The notes: generated by a model from the letters alone, not told the origin. DNA of 57,146 nucleotides from an uncultured Acidobacterium sp. (GCA_964355095.1 CAYHCX010000008.1:7320-64465), one strand, 5' to 3'. Shown: positions 10,335 through 23,687, counted from the stretch's first letter. Numbers and translations: made by a program.

Positions 10335-12415
10335 CCCCAACGCCGTCACCACGCGCGCTGGTCGCGCTTGTCGCGTTGCTTGTTGCCAGCGGGTGCGGTC
10401 CGAAAGTCGCGCCGCAGGTCAGCGCCACGCCCCCGATCACGGCGTTCGATCAGAAGATGCGCTGGATTCTCCAGCTCGAGGACGAGCGGCAGCTCAAGGG
10501 CGGCGGCGGCGACCTGCTGGCGCTGCTGCAGGATGCCGAAGCCCGCGTGCGGCGGCGCGCGGCGCTGGCCACCGGCCGCGTGCGCCTCGCCGACGCGGTG
10601 CCCGGCCTGGCCACGCTGGTGCAGGGCGACAGCGACCCCGAAGTCCGGCAGATGGCCGCGTTTGCGATGGGGCTGATCGGCGACGCCTCGGCCGCCCCGG
10701 TGCTGACCGCGGCGCTGACCGATGCGGATCCGCTGATCCAGGGCCGCGCCGCGGAAGCCCTGGGCTTGATCGCGCACCGGCCGGCCGCGGCGGCGATTGG
10801 CGCCATGGTCGCGGCGCACGTTACGGCCGGCGTGCTGAATGGGCTGAATGCGGATGACATGGGCACGCCCAAGCCGCCGCCGGTCGAGGCCGTGCGGCTC
10901 GGCGTGTATGCGCTGGTGCGCCTCGGGTCCTACGAGGCGCTGGCCGCCGGCGTGCTCGACCCCGCCGGCCAGCCCAGGAGCCGCTGGTGGCCGGTCGCGT
11001 TTGGCCTGCAGCGGATCAACGACGCCCGCGCGGCCCCGGCGCTGCTGGCGCTGCTCACGGGCGATGGGCAGCTCACCCGCGCCTTCGCGGCCCGGGGACT
11101 CAGTGTGTTGAAGGACCAGCGCGCTGCCGCGCCGCTGCTGGCAATTGCCGCCAGCGTCGGCGAGCCGCTGGCGGTGCGGGCCCAGGCGGTGCGCGGCCTG
11201 GCGCTGCTCGGCGACCCGCGCGGCGCCCCGGTCCTGATGCGGCTGATCTCGTCGCCCCAGGTCGATCACAACCTGCAGCTCGAGGCCATCGTGGCGCTGG
11301 GCCAGTTGCGCCAGGCCAACGCCGTGGACCTGTTGGTGGACCTGGTCTCGGCGGAGTGGCCGTCCGTGCGCGCGGCCGCCCTGCTTGCCCTGGCCCGCAC
11401 CGACGTCGACACCTTCATCTCCGCGATTTCGGGGCTCGACCCCGATGTCCACTGGTCGGTGCGCGCGGCCATGGCGTCGGCGCTCGGGGAGCTGCCGAAA
11501 GAACGCGCCGAGGCGGCGCTGAGCAACATGATGCGTGACGCCGATCAGCGCGTGCTTCCCTCGGTGATCGATGCGCTGGCCAAGGTCGGGTCGGCCGGCG
11601 CCGCCGCGGAGATAGTCGCCCGCCTCAAGGCCGATGACCCGGTGGTCCGGGCCGCCGCGGCGCGCGGGCTCGCCACGCTCAAGGCTCCCGGTGCCGCCAC
11701 CGCGCTGACCGAGGCGCTCGCGCTGTCGCAGCGTGACGGGCTGTATGTGGCGAGGACCGCCGCGCTTGATGCCCTGACCGCCGTCGATCCGGCGGCCGCA
11801 CGGCCGCTGCTGACCGCGGCGCTCGGCGACAAGGATTGGGCGGTGCGGCTGCGGGCGGCGGAAGACCTGCGGAAGATAGACGCCGGCACCGACGTGTCGG
11901 CGATGCGTCCGGCGCCGCCGCCCACGGTGCCCGAGCTGGCGGCCGTGGGCACGTTCGTGTCTCCCCAGTACTCGCCGTCGGCGTACATCGACACCTCCAG
12001 GGGCACCATTCAGGTCGAGCTGGCCGTGCTCGATGCGCCCCGCACGGTGGCCAACTTCATCGCCCTCGCGCGCAAGAACTACTTCCGCGGCGTGCAGATC
12101 CACCGCGTCGTGCCCGACTTCGTGGTCCAGGACGGCGACCCGCGCGGCGACGGCGAGGGCGGTCCCGGCTACACGATTCGCGACGAGATCAACCAGCGGC
12201 CGTACCTGCGGGGGACCGTGGGCATGGCGCTCGACTGGGCCGACACCGGCGGCAGCCAGTTCTTCATCACGCACTCACCGCAGCCGCACCTCGACGGTCG
12301 CTACACGGTGTTCGGACAAGTGGTGTCGGGGATGGATGTGGTCGATCGCCTGCAGCAGTGGGACACGATCGAGCGGATTCGAGTCTGGGACGGGCTGAAC
12401 TGGATCGGTCAATAA
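10331..12415 (+). CDS. HEAT-repeat lipoprotein with a C-terminal cyclophilin-type PPIase domain
   Basis: Lipobox-like VASGC; many D..VR.AAA.ALG repeats; HRVVPDFVVQDGDP, GSQFFIT, HLDGRYTVFG; ATGA overlap with the menC stop. Confidence 0.88.
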   Translation: MTPTPSPRALVALVALLVASGCGPKVAPQVSATPPITAFDQKMRWILQLEDERQLKGGGGDLLALLQDAEARVRRRAALATGRVRLADAVPGLATLVQGDSDPEVRQMAAFAMGLIGDASAAPVLTAALTDADPLIQGRAAEALGLIAHRPAAAAIGAMVAAHVTAGVLNGLNADDMGTPKPPPVEAVRLGVYALVRLGSYEALAAGVLDPAGQPRSRWWPVAFGLQRINDARAAPALLALLTGDGQLTRAFAARGLSVLKDQRAAAPLLAIAASVGEPLAVRAQAVRGLALLGDPRGAPVLMRLISSPQVDHNLQLEAIVALGQLRQANAVDLLVDLVSAEWPSVRAAALLALARTDVDTFISAISGLDPDVHWSVRAAMASALGELPKERAEAALSNMMRDADQRVLPSVIDALAKVGSAGAAAEIVARLKADDPVVRAAAARGLATLKAPGAATALTEALALSQRDGLYVARTAALDALTAVDPAAARPLLTAALGDKDWAVRLRAAEDLRKIDAGTDVSAMRPAPPPTVPELAAVGTFVSPQYSPSAYIDTSRGTIQVELAVLDAPRTVANFIALARKNYFRGVQIHRVVPDFVVQDGDPRGDGEGGPGYTIRDEINQRPYLRGTVGMALDWADTGGSQFFITHSPQPHLDGRYTVFGQVVSGMDVVDRLQQWDTIERIRVWDGLNWIGQ

Positions 12416-12445
12416 ATCCCTGAATCCCTAAATCTCCAATTCGCC

Positions 12446-12477
12446 AAATAAAAAAGGGAGGCGACTGCGCCTCCCTT
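12446..12477 (-). terminator. Rho-independent terminator
   Basis: 10-bp stem AAGGGAGGCG/CGCCTCCCTT with a 4-nt loop and a T-run on the minus strand. Confidence 0.85.
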
Positions 12478-12501
12478 CCGATCTTCTGGCTGACGAAGCG
12501 A

Positions 12502-12555
12502 CTAGCGCTTCTTCGCCTTCTTCGCTGCCTTCTTCTTCGCTGCTTTCTTTGCCAT
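12502..12555 (-). CDS. 17-aa Lys/Ala-rich micropeptide MAKKAAKKKAAKKAKKR
   Basis: ATG...TAG, purine-rich RBS (GAAGGGGGGG) about 7 nt upstream, a paralogue nearby and a terminator downstream. Confidence 0.75.
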   Translation of the reverse strand: MAKKAAKKKAAKKAKKR

Positions 12556-12700
12556 TTGTAATCCCCCCCTTCCGGTTGGGTTATGCGTAAGAACCTAGCC
12601 GCTGCACGACTTGCCTCTGCCGCCTGGCACTCGGCTCATCCATGCCGGCGTTCTCGCGCCTCGTTACGCGACGTGATGATTCACGCGCGCGGTCTTGGTG

Positions 12701-12732
12701 AAAAGGGTGGGGCAGTCTGTGAGAACCGCCCC
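12701..12732 (-). terminator. Intercistronic hairpin / weak terminator
   Basis: GGGGCGGT-loop-ACTGCCCC followed by acccTTTT, just after the upstream micropeptide stop. Confidence 0.5.
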
Positions 12733-12742
12733 TGTAAGCGGC

Positions 12743-12793
12743 CTAGCGCTTCTTGGCCTTCTTCTTCGCCGCCTTCTTTGCCTTCTTCGCCAT
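12743..12793 (-). CDS. 16-aa Lys/Ala-rich micropeptide MAKKAKKAAKKKAKKR
   Basis: ATG...TAG with AGGAG 7 nt upstream; lies downstream of a near-consensus promoter. Confidence 0.78.
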   Translation of the reverse strand: MAKKAKKAAKKKAKKR

Positions 12794-12898
12794 TGTTCTC
12801 TCCTGATGGGGGGTGACTCTTGCCTGATGGCGACCGCTGATTGTTTTTACGTGTTCACAATCAGTGGCCTGAGCCTTGCTCCCTCATACCAGATGTAG

Positions 12899-12926
12899 AT
12901 TATGGATGAGAAATTCATCTTGTCAA
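12899..12926 (-). promoter_or_regulatory. Sigma-70 promoter for the micropeptide unit
   Basis: TTGACA-N16-CATAAT; the spacer contains the inverted repeat GATGA-N5-TCATC; a second TTGACA lies at 12945-12950. Confidence 0.7.
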
Positions 12927-13027
12927 GCACAAAGCGTTTGTGATTGTCAACAAACGGGCCAATCGCTCCAGCCGATCGCGCCCTCAAGAGGAGGTGTCGG
13001 ATCGTCGCCCACGGATCTGTAGGCTCG

Positions 13028-14221
13028 CTATCGGCTCTCGCGTCGCATGCGCTGCGCGCGGGCCAGCGCGCCGGCGGGCGCGGCGGGCGCGGCGGCGATG
13101 ATTGCATCGAGTTGATCGATGGCGGCGCTCGTCCGCTTGAGCGCGCGCAGCTGCCGCGCCATGTTCAGGCGCGCCACCGTCTCCGCCAGCGCCGGCCGGT
13201 TCACCGATTCGGCGCGGGCCAGCGCGAGCAGCCGCTCCGAGGCGCGAAGGCTCGCCTCGGGGTCGTGAAAGTACTCGTCCAGGATCTCCGCCTCGATTCT
13301 GTAGAAGAGCGGATTGTGCGGGTAGTGCTCCTGCAGCGCGCGGACCATGCCGATGGCCTCGCGCCACTTGTTTTCGTACCAGAGGTAGATGACGTGGATC
13401 TGGAACTGCGCCTCGCCGCGAACCAGCTGGCCCTGGGTGGCGGCGCGCTCGATCTGCCGCAGCCCCTCGACCCGGTTGCCGCCCGGGAGCCTCAGCAACC
13501 AGCGCAGGAACTTCAGCGCAGCCGGCGCCACGTCGGCGTAGTAGCGGTACATGCCGATGCCGAATTCCGCGTCGTGCATGGCCGGGTCCAGCGCCAGCGC
13601 GCGCTCGAGCGCCGCCTTGATCCGCTTGCCGTCTCGCGCCGCCGCCAGCCGCTCGACCCGGTGCACGCGCCACTGCGCCCGCGCGCCGTAGGCGGCCCCG
13701 AGGTAGAACCAGCCCTCGGCGCGATGGGGTTCGGCCTCGGTCATCCGCTCGGCATCGGCGATCGCCTCCTCGACCTTGGCCTTGAACGCCGGATCGAGCG
13801 CGAGGCTCTCGGGATCCAGTTGAATCTGCCACCACAGGCTCAGGGCCTCGAGGCCGAGGCAGGCGACCTGCGGCGCCGGGCTTGTCCCGCCGAAGCCCTT
13901 GGGCGAAGGCGGACCGCAGGTGGCAGGCAGGTCCGCCCGCAGCCGATCGAAGTCGGCGTCGAGAATGGCGTCGTAGGCCTTGGCGACGAGTGGCGCGGCG
14001 GTGATGCCGGTGGCGGCTGTAGCGTCCGCCTTCTTGACCGCCGAAGCCTGCGCGGAGGTGGTTAGGCGGACCTGGGCCTGCCGCGAATCAGCCCGGCTGA
14101 CCGCCTTCGCCGAGGCTTCGGCGCTCAAGAAGCCGGACGCCACATTGACAAAGAGCACCGCCGCCACGACCAGGGCGACGGGAAATCTTGTTGCGCCGAA
14201 GCCTTGGCGAAGGCGGATCAT
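13028..14221 (-). CDS. Secreted TPR-repeat protein with repeat-derived insertions
   Basis: TPR helices (AEGWFYLGAAY, ALERALALDP), hydrophobic N-terminus, ATGA coupling to ddl. Confidence 0.8.
   Translation of the reverse strand: MIRLRQGFGATRFPVALVVAAVLFVNVASGFLSAEASAKAVSRADSRQAQVRLTTSAQASAVKKADATAATGITAAPLVAKAYDAILDADFDRLRADLPATCGPPSPKGFGGTSPAPQVACLGLEALSLWWQIQLDPESLALDPAFKAKVEEAIADAERMTEAEPHRAEGWFYLGAAYGARAQWRVHRVERLAAARDGKRIKAALERALALDPAMHDAEFGIGMYRYYADVAPAALKFLRWLLRLPGGNRVEGLRQIERAATQGQLVRGEAQFQIHVIYLWYENKWREAIGMVRALQEHYPHNPLFYRIEAEILDEYFHDPEASLRASERLLALARAESVNRPALAETVARLNMARQLRALKRTSAAIDQLDAIIAAAPAAPAGALARAQRMRRESR
13881..14217. repeat. Four ~30-nt CAAG-ended palindromic elements, one nested in a GTAG-REP
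   Basis: Copies at 13881-13913, 14033-14062, 14100-14129 and 14187-14217, consensus about WCCGCCTTCGCCNAGGCTTCGGCGNNCAAG. Confidence 0.8.
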
Positions 14222-15387
14222 GGCGCGCTCGTGCGAAGCTGTTGCTTTTCAGCGTGGCGCGCCAGCGCCAGCTGAATCAGCCGATCGACCAGCGCCGCAT
14301 AGCTGACGCCGCTGGCCTCCCACATCTTGGAATACATGCTGATGTTGGTGAAGCCCGGCATGGTGTTGATCTCGTTGACGAAGATGGCGCCGCTGTCGCG
14401 CGACAGCAGGAAGTCCACGCGCGCCAGCCCCGCCGCGTCAATCGCCTTGAACGCCGCCACCGTCAGGCGCCGCACCTCGGCGGCCACCGCGGCCGGCAGG
14501 TCCGCCGGAATCAGGCTCTTCGAGCCTTCGTCCAGGTACTTCGCCTCGTAGTCGTAGAACTCGCGCGATGGGATAATCTCGCCCGGCACCGACGTCTCCG
14601 GGTCGTCGTTGCCGAGCACCGCGCATTCGATCTCGCGCGCGTTGACGACGCCGGCTTCGACAATCACCTTGCGATCGAACTCGAGCGCCGCCGCGATGGC
14701 CGGAATCAGTTCGGCCTGCGTCTTCACCTTGGAGATGCCAACGCTCGAGCCGAGGTTGGCCGGCTTCACGAACAGCGGGAAGCCCAGCGCGGCAATGCCG
14801 GCCAGCACGCCTTCGCGGTGGCGCGTCCAGTCGGCGCGCACAAAGGCGCGCGAGGCCACGACGGGCAACCCGGCTGCGGCGAACAACACCTTCATGACCG
14901 CCTTGTCCATGCCGGCCGCCGAGGCGAGCACGCCCGGACCCACGTAGGGCACGTTGGCCAGCTCGAGCAGCCCTTGCACCGTGCCGTCTTCCCCGTACGG
15001 GCCGTGGAGCACCGGGAAGACCACGTCGAGGCTCAGGCCCGTCACCACGGCGCGCTCGACGTCGGCTGGCGTGCTGCCGTCAGACGTGGTGCGGCGCTCC
15101 ACGGTGATCAGCGTGTCGGCCGACGGATACGGCGCGAACAACGAATCGCGGCCCGCTCGCGCCGGCCGCGCCTGCGACGCGCGGGTCTGGTGGATCACTT
15201 CCGCCGCCGACAGCGCCGTCGGCGGCCGATCCGCGAGCGTCCACCGCCCGTCTTTTTCGATCCGGATCGGAACGGGCTCGTAGCGCGCGCGATCGATCGA
15301 CTTGAAAATTGAGGCCGCCGAGGTCACCGACACTTCGTGTTCGCCGGAACGGCCGCCATAAATGACACCCACGCGCAACTTCTTCAT
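14218..15387 (-). CDS. ddl: D-alanine--D-alanine ligase
   Basis: GGRSGEHEVS, LHGPYGEDG, KPANLGSSVG, FYDYEAKY, NEINTMPGFT..SMY. Confidence 0.96.
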   Translation of the reverse strand: MKKLRVGVIYGGRSGEHEVSVTSAASIFKSIDRARYEPVPIRIEKDGRWTLADRPPTALSAAEVIHQTRASQARPARAGRDSLFAPYPSADTLITVERRTTSDGSTPADVERAVVTGLSLDVVFPVLHGPYGEDGTVQGLLELANVPYVGPGVLASAAGMDKAVMKVLFAAAGLPVVASRAFVRADWTRHREGVLAGIAALGFPLFVKPANLGSSVGISKVKTQAELIPAIAAALEFDRKVIVEAGVVNAREIECAVLGNDDPETSVPGEIIPSREFYDYEAKYLDEGSKSLIPADLPAAVAAEVRRLTVAAFKAIDAAGLARVDFLLSRDSGAIFVNEINTMPGFTNISMYSKMWEASGVSYAALVDRLIQLALARHAEKQQLRTSAP

Positions 15388-15390
15388 TGA

Positions 15391-17015
<1,625 letters not shown>

Positions 17016-17018
17016 GCC

Positions 17019-18575
17019 ATGTCGAAGAACCTTCGTTGGAAACTCATCGTCATCCTCGGTGTCACGGCGCTGGCGGTGTGGTCGTTTTATCCGCTCGATC
17101 AGAAGGTCAGGCTCGGACTGGACCTGAAGGGCGGCGTCCACCTGGTGATGCGCGTCCAGACCGACGACGCGCTGAAGCTCGAGACGCAGACCACCGTGGA
17201 TCGGCTTGCCGAGCAACTCAAGACCGCGAACATCGCCGTCGGCGGCGCCGCGGTGGCGGGCGCCACGTCGTTCACCGTCACCGGCGTGACGCCCGAGCAG
17301 GACGGCGCGTTGCGTGCCGCGCTGACCGAGGTGGAAGTGAACTACGACCGCGCCTCCGGCGCGGGTGGTTACACGTTCACGCTCAAGCCGAACATCGCCG
17401 TCCAGCTGCGCGAAGACACGGTGAACCAGGCGCTGCAGACCATCGAGCGCCGCGTCAACGAGTTGGGCGTGGCCGAACCGATCGTGGCGCGTCACAGCGC
17501 GGCCGACCAGATCCTGGTGCAGCTGCCCGGCGTCACCGACGTGAATCGCGCGAAAGAGATCATCCGCTCCACGGCCCTGCTGGAACTCAAGCAGGTGGAG
17601 CAGGGCCCGTTCCCGGATGAGGCCTCCGCGCGCGCGGCCTACTCGGGCAACGTGCCGCCCGACCTCCACGTCCTGCCGGGCACCATCGAGGGCGCCCCCG
17701 GCCAGCCGGCGAGCACGGGCTACTACGTGGTGCGCCGCGTGCCCGCGGTGACCGGCCGCGACCTGCGCAACGCGCGCCCGACGCTGGACGAGAACAACCG
17801 GCCGGCGGTGAGCTTCTCGCTCAACAACGAAGGCGCGCGCAAGTTCGGCATGTTCACGCAGGCCAACATCGGCAAGCAGCTGGCCATCGTGATGGACGGC
17901 CGCGTGGTGTCGGCGCCGCAGATTCAGTCGCGCATCGACGATGAAGGCCGTATTACCGGCAACTTCACGAACCAGGAATCGCAGGATCTGTCGCTGGTGT
18001 TGCGCTCGGGCGCGCTGCCGGCATCGCTGACTTACCTCGAAGAGCGCACGGTCGGTCCGTCGCTCGGTGCCGATTCGGTTCGTGCCGGCGTCACCTCGGC
18101 GCTGGGCGGCCTGCTGATGGTCACGCTGTTCATGCTGTTCTATTACAAGCTGGCCGGCTTCAACGCCCTCGTCTCGATCACGATCAACCTGATCCTGCTG
18201 CTGGGCCTGATGGCCTACGTCGGCGCCACCATGACGCTGCCCGGCATTGCCGGCTTCATTCTCACCATCGGCATGGGCGTCGACTCGAACGTGCTGATCT
18301 TCGAGCGCATCAAGGAAGAACTGGCGACCGGCAAGGGCGTGAAGCAGGCGGTGGCGGCGGGCTTCGACCGCGTGCTGCTGACGATTCTCGACACCCACGT
18401 GGCGTCGCTGATTTCGGCGGCCTTCCTCTTCCAGTTCGGCACCGGTCCGATCCGCGGGTTCGCGATGACGCTGACCATCGGCCTCCTGTCCAACGTGTTC
18501 ACGGCATACTTCGTTTCGCGAACCCTGTTCGAGCTGAGCCTGTCACGGCGCCAGGTCGCGAAGCTTTCGATTTAG
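17019..18575 (+). CDS. secD: Protein translocase subunit SecD
   Basis: LGLDLKGG, IERRVNELGVAEP, LRSGALPA, VGPSLG, TLPGIAG, DSNVLIFERIKEE. Confidence 0.97.
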   Translation: MSKNLRWKLIVILGVTALAVWSFYPLDQKVRLGLDLKGGVHLVMRVQTDDALKLETQTTVDRLAEQLKTANIAVGGAAVAGATSFTVTGVTPEQDGALRAALTEVEVNYDRASGAGGYTFTLKPNIAVQLREDTVNQALQTIERRVNELGVAEPIVARHSAADQILVQLPGVTDVNRAKEIIRSTALLELKQVEQGPFPDEASARAAYSGNVPPDLHVLPGTIEGAPGQPASTGYYVVRRVPAVTGRDLRNARPTLDENNRPAVSFSLNNEGARKFGMFTQANIGKQLAIVMDGRVVSAPQIQSRIDDEGRITGNFTNQESQDLSLVLRSGALPASLTYLEERTVGPSLGADSVRAGVTSALGGLLMVTLFMLFYYKLAGFNALVSITINLILLLGLMAYVGATMTLPGIAGFILTIGMGVDSNVLIFERIKEELATGKGVKQAVAAGFDRVLLTILDTHVASLISAAFLFQFGTGPIRGFAMTLTIGLLSNVFTAYFVSRTLFELSLSRRQVAKLSI

Positions 18576-18579
18576 TCAT

Positions 18580-19515
18580 ATGGCCATCTTCGATAACGCT
18601 ACCTACGACTTCATCAAGTGGCGCTGGCATGCGCTCGCGCTGTCGACGCTCATCATCGTCGCCGGCATCGGCTACGGCATCGCCAAGGGTGTGCCGCTCG
18701 GCATCGACTTCTCGGGCGGCACCATCGTCGTCGTCAAGTTCGAGCAGCCGACATCGGTGGATCAAGTGCGCTCGGCGCTGGCCGCGACGATGACCGGTGA
18801 GAACGTCATCCAGAGTTACGGAGATGAGGCGAATCACGAGGTCCTGATTCGCCTGCCGCAGTTGACCACGGAAGAGGGCGCGGCGCTCGAGCAGAACGCC
18901 AAGGCCGTGGTCGCCGCGATCACCCAGGCCAGCCTCGGCAAGTTCGAGGTGCGCAGCCAGGAGATTGTCGGCCCGGTGATTGGCGCCGACCTGCAGCGCA
19001 AGGGCATTTACGCCACGCTGGCGTCGATCCTCGGCATCACCATCTACATCGGCCTCCGCTTCCGCTTCGCGTTTGCGATTGGCGCGATTGCGGCGACGCT
19101 GCACGACGTGTTCGTGACGCTGGCGTTCCTGTTCTACTTCAACTACGACCTGTCGCTCAACGTGGTGGCGGCGATCCTGGCGATCACCGGTTATTCGGTG
19201 AACGACACCATCGTGGTCTTCGACCGCGTGCGCGAAAACCTGAAGAGCAAGCGCCGCGACTCGCTCGAGAGCGTCGTCAACCTGAGTGTGAACCAGACCC
19301 TGGGCCGCACGCTGATCACGGCTGGCACCACGTTCCTCGCGGTGCTCTCCCTGTTCCTGTTCGGCGGCGAGGTGCTCGAAGGCTTCGCCTTCACCATGCT
19401 CGTGGGCATTGTCAGCGGCACCTATTCGACCATTTTCATCGCGGCGGCGATTGCGATCATCCTGGGCAGCAAGCAGGCCAAGGGCCGCACGCAGGGCACC
19501 CGCAAGGCGTCGTAG
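18580..19515 (+). CDS. secF: Protein translocase subunit SecF
   Basis: GIDFSGG, VGPVIG, GYSVNDTIVVFDRVREN. Confidence 0.97.
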   Translation: MAIFDNATYDFIKWRWHALALSTLIIVAGIGYGIAKGVPLGIDFSGGTIVVVKFEQPTSVDQVRSALAATMTGENVIQSYGDEANHEVLIRLPQLTTEEGAALEQNAKAVVAAITQASLGKFEVRSQEIVGPVIGADLQRKGIYATLASILGITIYIGLRFRFAFAIGAIAATLHDVFVTLAFLFYFNYDLSLNVVAAILAITGYSVNDTIVVFDRVRENLKSKRRDSLESVVNLSVNQTLGRTLITAGTTFLAVLSLFLFGGEVLEGFAFTMLVGIVSGTYSTIFIAAAIAIILGSKQAKGRTQGTRKAS

Positions 19516-19524
19516 CGCCACTTC

Positions 19525-20340
19525 GTGGATCTGTTTTCCGCCGTGCTGCTGGGCGTTGTCCAGGGACTCACCGAGTTCCTGCCGGTCTCCAGTTCGGGTC
19601 ACCTGATCCTGGCGCGGGCGTTTTTCGGCTGGGATCCCGGCCGGTTCGGGATTCCGTTCGATGCCGCCTGTCACGTCGGGACGCTGCTCGCGGTGGTGGC
19701 CTACTTCCGGGCTGACGTGGCGCAACTGATCGCCGCCGCGCCGGGAGCGCTGACCGGCCGTGACGGCGAATGGGAACGGCTCGGCCGGCTGATCATCGTG
19801 GGCACGATACCGGTGGTGATTGTGGGCGGGCTGTTGGGCGATGTCATCGAAGCGCGCGTGCGGACGCCCCTGATAGTGGCCGTGAACCTCGTGATCGGCA
19901 GCATTGGCTTGTTGTGGGTGGAACGCATCGGCCGCCAGGACCGGGATGCGCGGTCCCTCGGGTTCGGTGAGGCCCTGGCGATTGGCGTGGCGCAGGCCGC
20001 CGCCCTGGCCCCGGGCCTGTCGCGCTCGGGTTCGACGCTGATTGTCAGCCTGTTTTTGGGGCTGCGGCGCGAATCGGCGGCCCGTTTCGTGTTCCTGATG
20101 AGCCTGCCGGCGGTGTTCGCGGTGGCGGCGAAGGAAACCATCGCCCTGTCGGAGGTCGGCATGGCGGGCGCGCCGTACACGTTGATGGCCGTGGGCCTGG
20201 TGGTGTCGGCGCTGGTCGGCTATGTCACGGTGAAGTACTTTCTGCGGTATCTTGCGGGGCACTCGCTGGCGGGGTTTGCCTACTACCGGCTGGCGTTGGC
20301 GGTGGTCACGTTCGCGTGGCTGTGGTCGCGGGCGGCCTGA
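19525..20340 (+). CDS. uppP: Undecaprenyl-diphosphatase (BacA)
   Basis: QGLTEFLPVSSSGH, PGLSRSGST, FAYYR. Confidence 0.96.
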   Translation: MDLFSAVLLGVVQGLTEFLPVSSSGHLILARAFFGWDPGRFGIPFDAACHVGTLLAVVAYFRADVAQLIAAAPGALTGRDGEWERLGRLIIVGTIPVVIVGGLLGDVIEARVRTPLIVAVNLVIGSIGLLWVERIGRQDRDARSLGFGEALAIGVAQAAALAPGLSRSGSTLIVSLFLGLRRESAARFVFLMSLPAVFAVAAKETIALSEVGMAGAPYTLMAVGLVVSALVGYVTVKYFLRYLAGHSLAGFAYYRLALAVVTFAWLWSRAA

Positions 20341-20343
20341 GCC

Positions 20344-20941
20344 ATGATGCCCTGGCTGCGCCGGAGCTTCCTGACCGGTCTGGTGGTGACGGTGCCGTTG
20401 TTCATCACGGTGGTCACGCTGGTCTGGCTGTTCCGCTTCATCGACGGGGTGGCGACGCCGTTGTCGACGAACCTGATCGGCCGCAAGGTGCCGGGCCTGG
20501 GCGTGTTGATCACGGCCGCCGTCATCCTGCTGGCAGGCGCGCTGGCCACCAACGTGTTGGGCCGGCGCATCCTGAGGCGCGGCGAGCAGTGGCTGCTGAA
20601 CGTGCCGCTGTTCAAGACCGTGTATGCACCGGTGAGGCAGCTGGTGGCGGCCTTCTCGCCCGACAGTGAAACGGGCTTCAAGAAGGTGGTGATCGTGGAC
20701 GATTCGCGGCGGGGCCTGGTGCTCGGGTTCCTGACGCGGGAGTTCACCCTGGATCGTGGGAACGGGCCGGAAGCGCTGGTGGCGGTGTATGTGCCGACCA
20801 ATCACCTGTATCTCGGTGACGTGGTGGTCTACCCCCGCAGCCAGGCGTCGTTTCCGGATTTGTCGGTTGAAGACGGCGTGCGGATTTTCCTAACGGGCGG
20901 CATGGCGCTGCCCCCGCAGATCAGTACGAGGACAGGACACG

Positions 20942-20964
<23 letters not shown>
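20344..20964 (+). CDS. DUF502 family membrane protein
   Basis: RRSFLTGL..P, PGLG, VPLFKTVY, VYVPT..G. Confidence 0.85.
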
Positions 20965-23431
<2,467 letters not shown>

Positions 23432-23488
23432 GGTTTGTAACAGTTAGTAACCATGCGGTAATTACATGGTTTTTTGCCGATCCAGCCG

Positions 23489-23518
23489 TTGACGCGGGGA
23501 TTCAAGCACGACTAGAAT
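23489..23518 (+). promoter_or_regulatory. Putative sigma-70 promoter (upstream)
   Basis: TTGACG-N18-TAGAAT. Confidence 0.5.
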
Positions 23519-23535
23519 CGCCGGGCATTACGAAA

Positions 23536-23577
23536 GGGGTCGGACCCTACTGGTTTTTTGCCGCGGGGTCTGGCCCC
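23536..23577. repeat. GGGGTCNGNCCCC REP-like pair
   Basis: ggggtcggaccc and ggggtctggcccc. Confidence 0.65.
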
Positions 23578-23658
23578 TCGGCGTTTTTTCAGGGAGCCGA
23601 TCGCGGGAACCGGTGTCTAATTGGAGACAGCGGCCCGTAACTCGGACGGGACCCGGCG

Positions 23659-23687
23659 TTGACAGCGGTTTTCGGCGTTGGGATAAT
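23659..23687 (+). promoter_or_regulatory. Putative sigma-70 promoter of the tonB operon
   Basis: TTGACA-N17-GATAAT, upstream of a GGAGG RBS. Confidence 0.65.

Noticed and set aside
12595-12639. Possible third small ORF (MSRVPGGRGKSCSG) between the micropeptides
   Set aside because: No convincing RBS and no resemblance to the other two peptides.
12583-12898. Plus-strand ORFs of 67-77 aa
   Set aside because: Antisense to the micropeptide unit; promoter, RBS and terminator all point to the minus strand.
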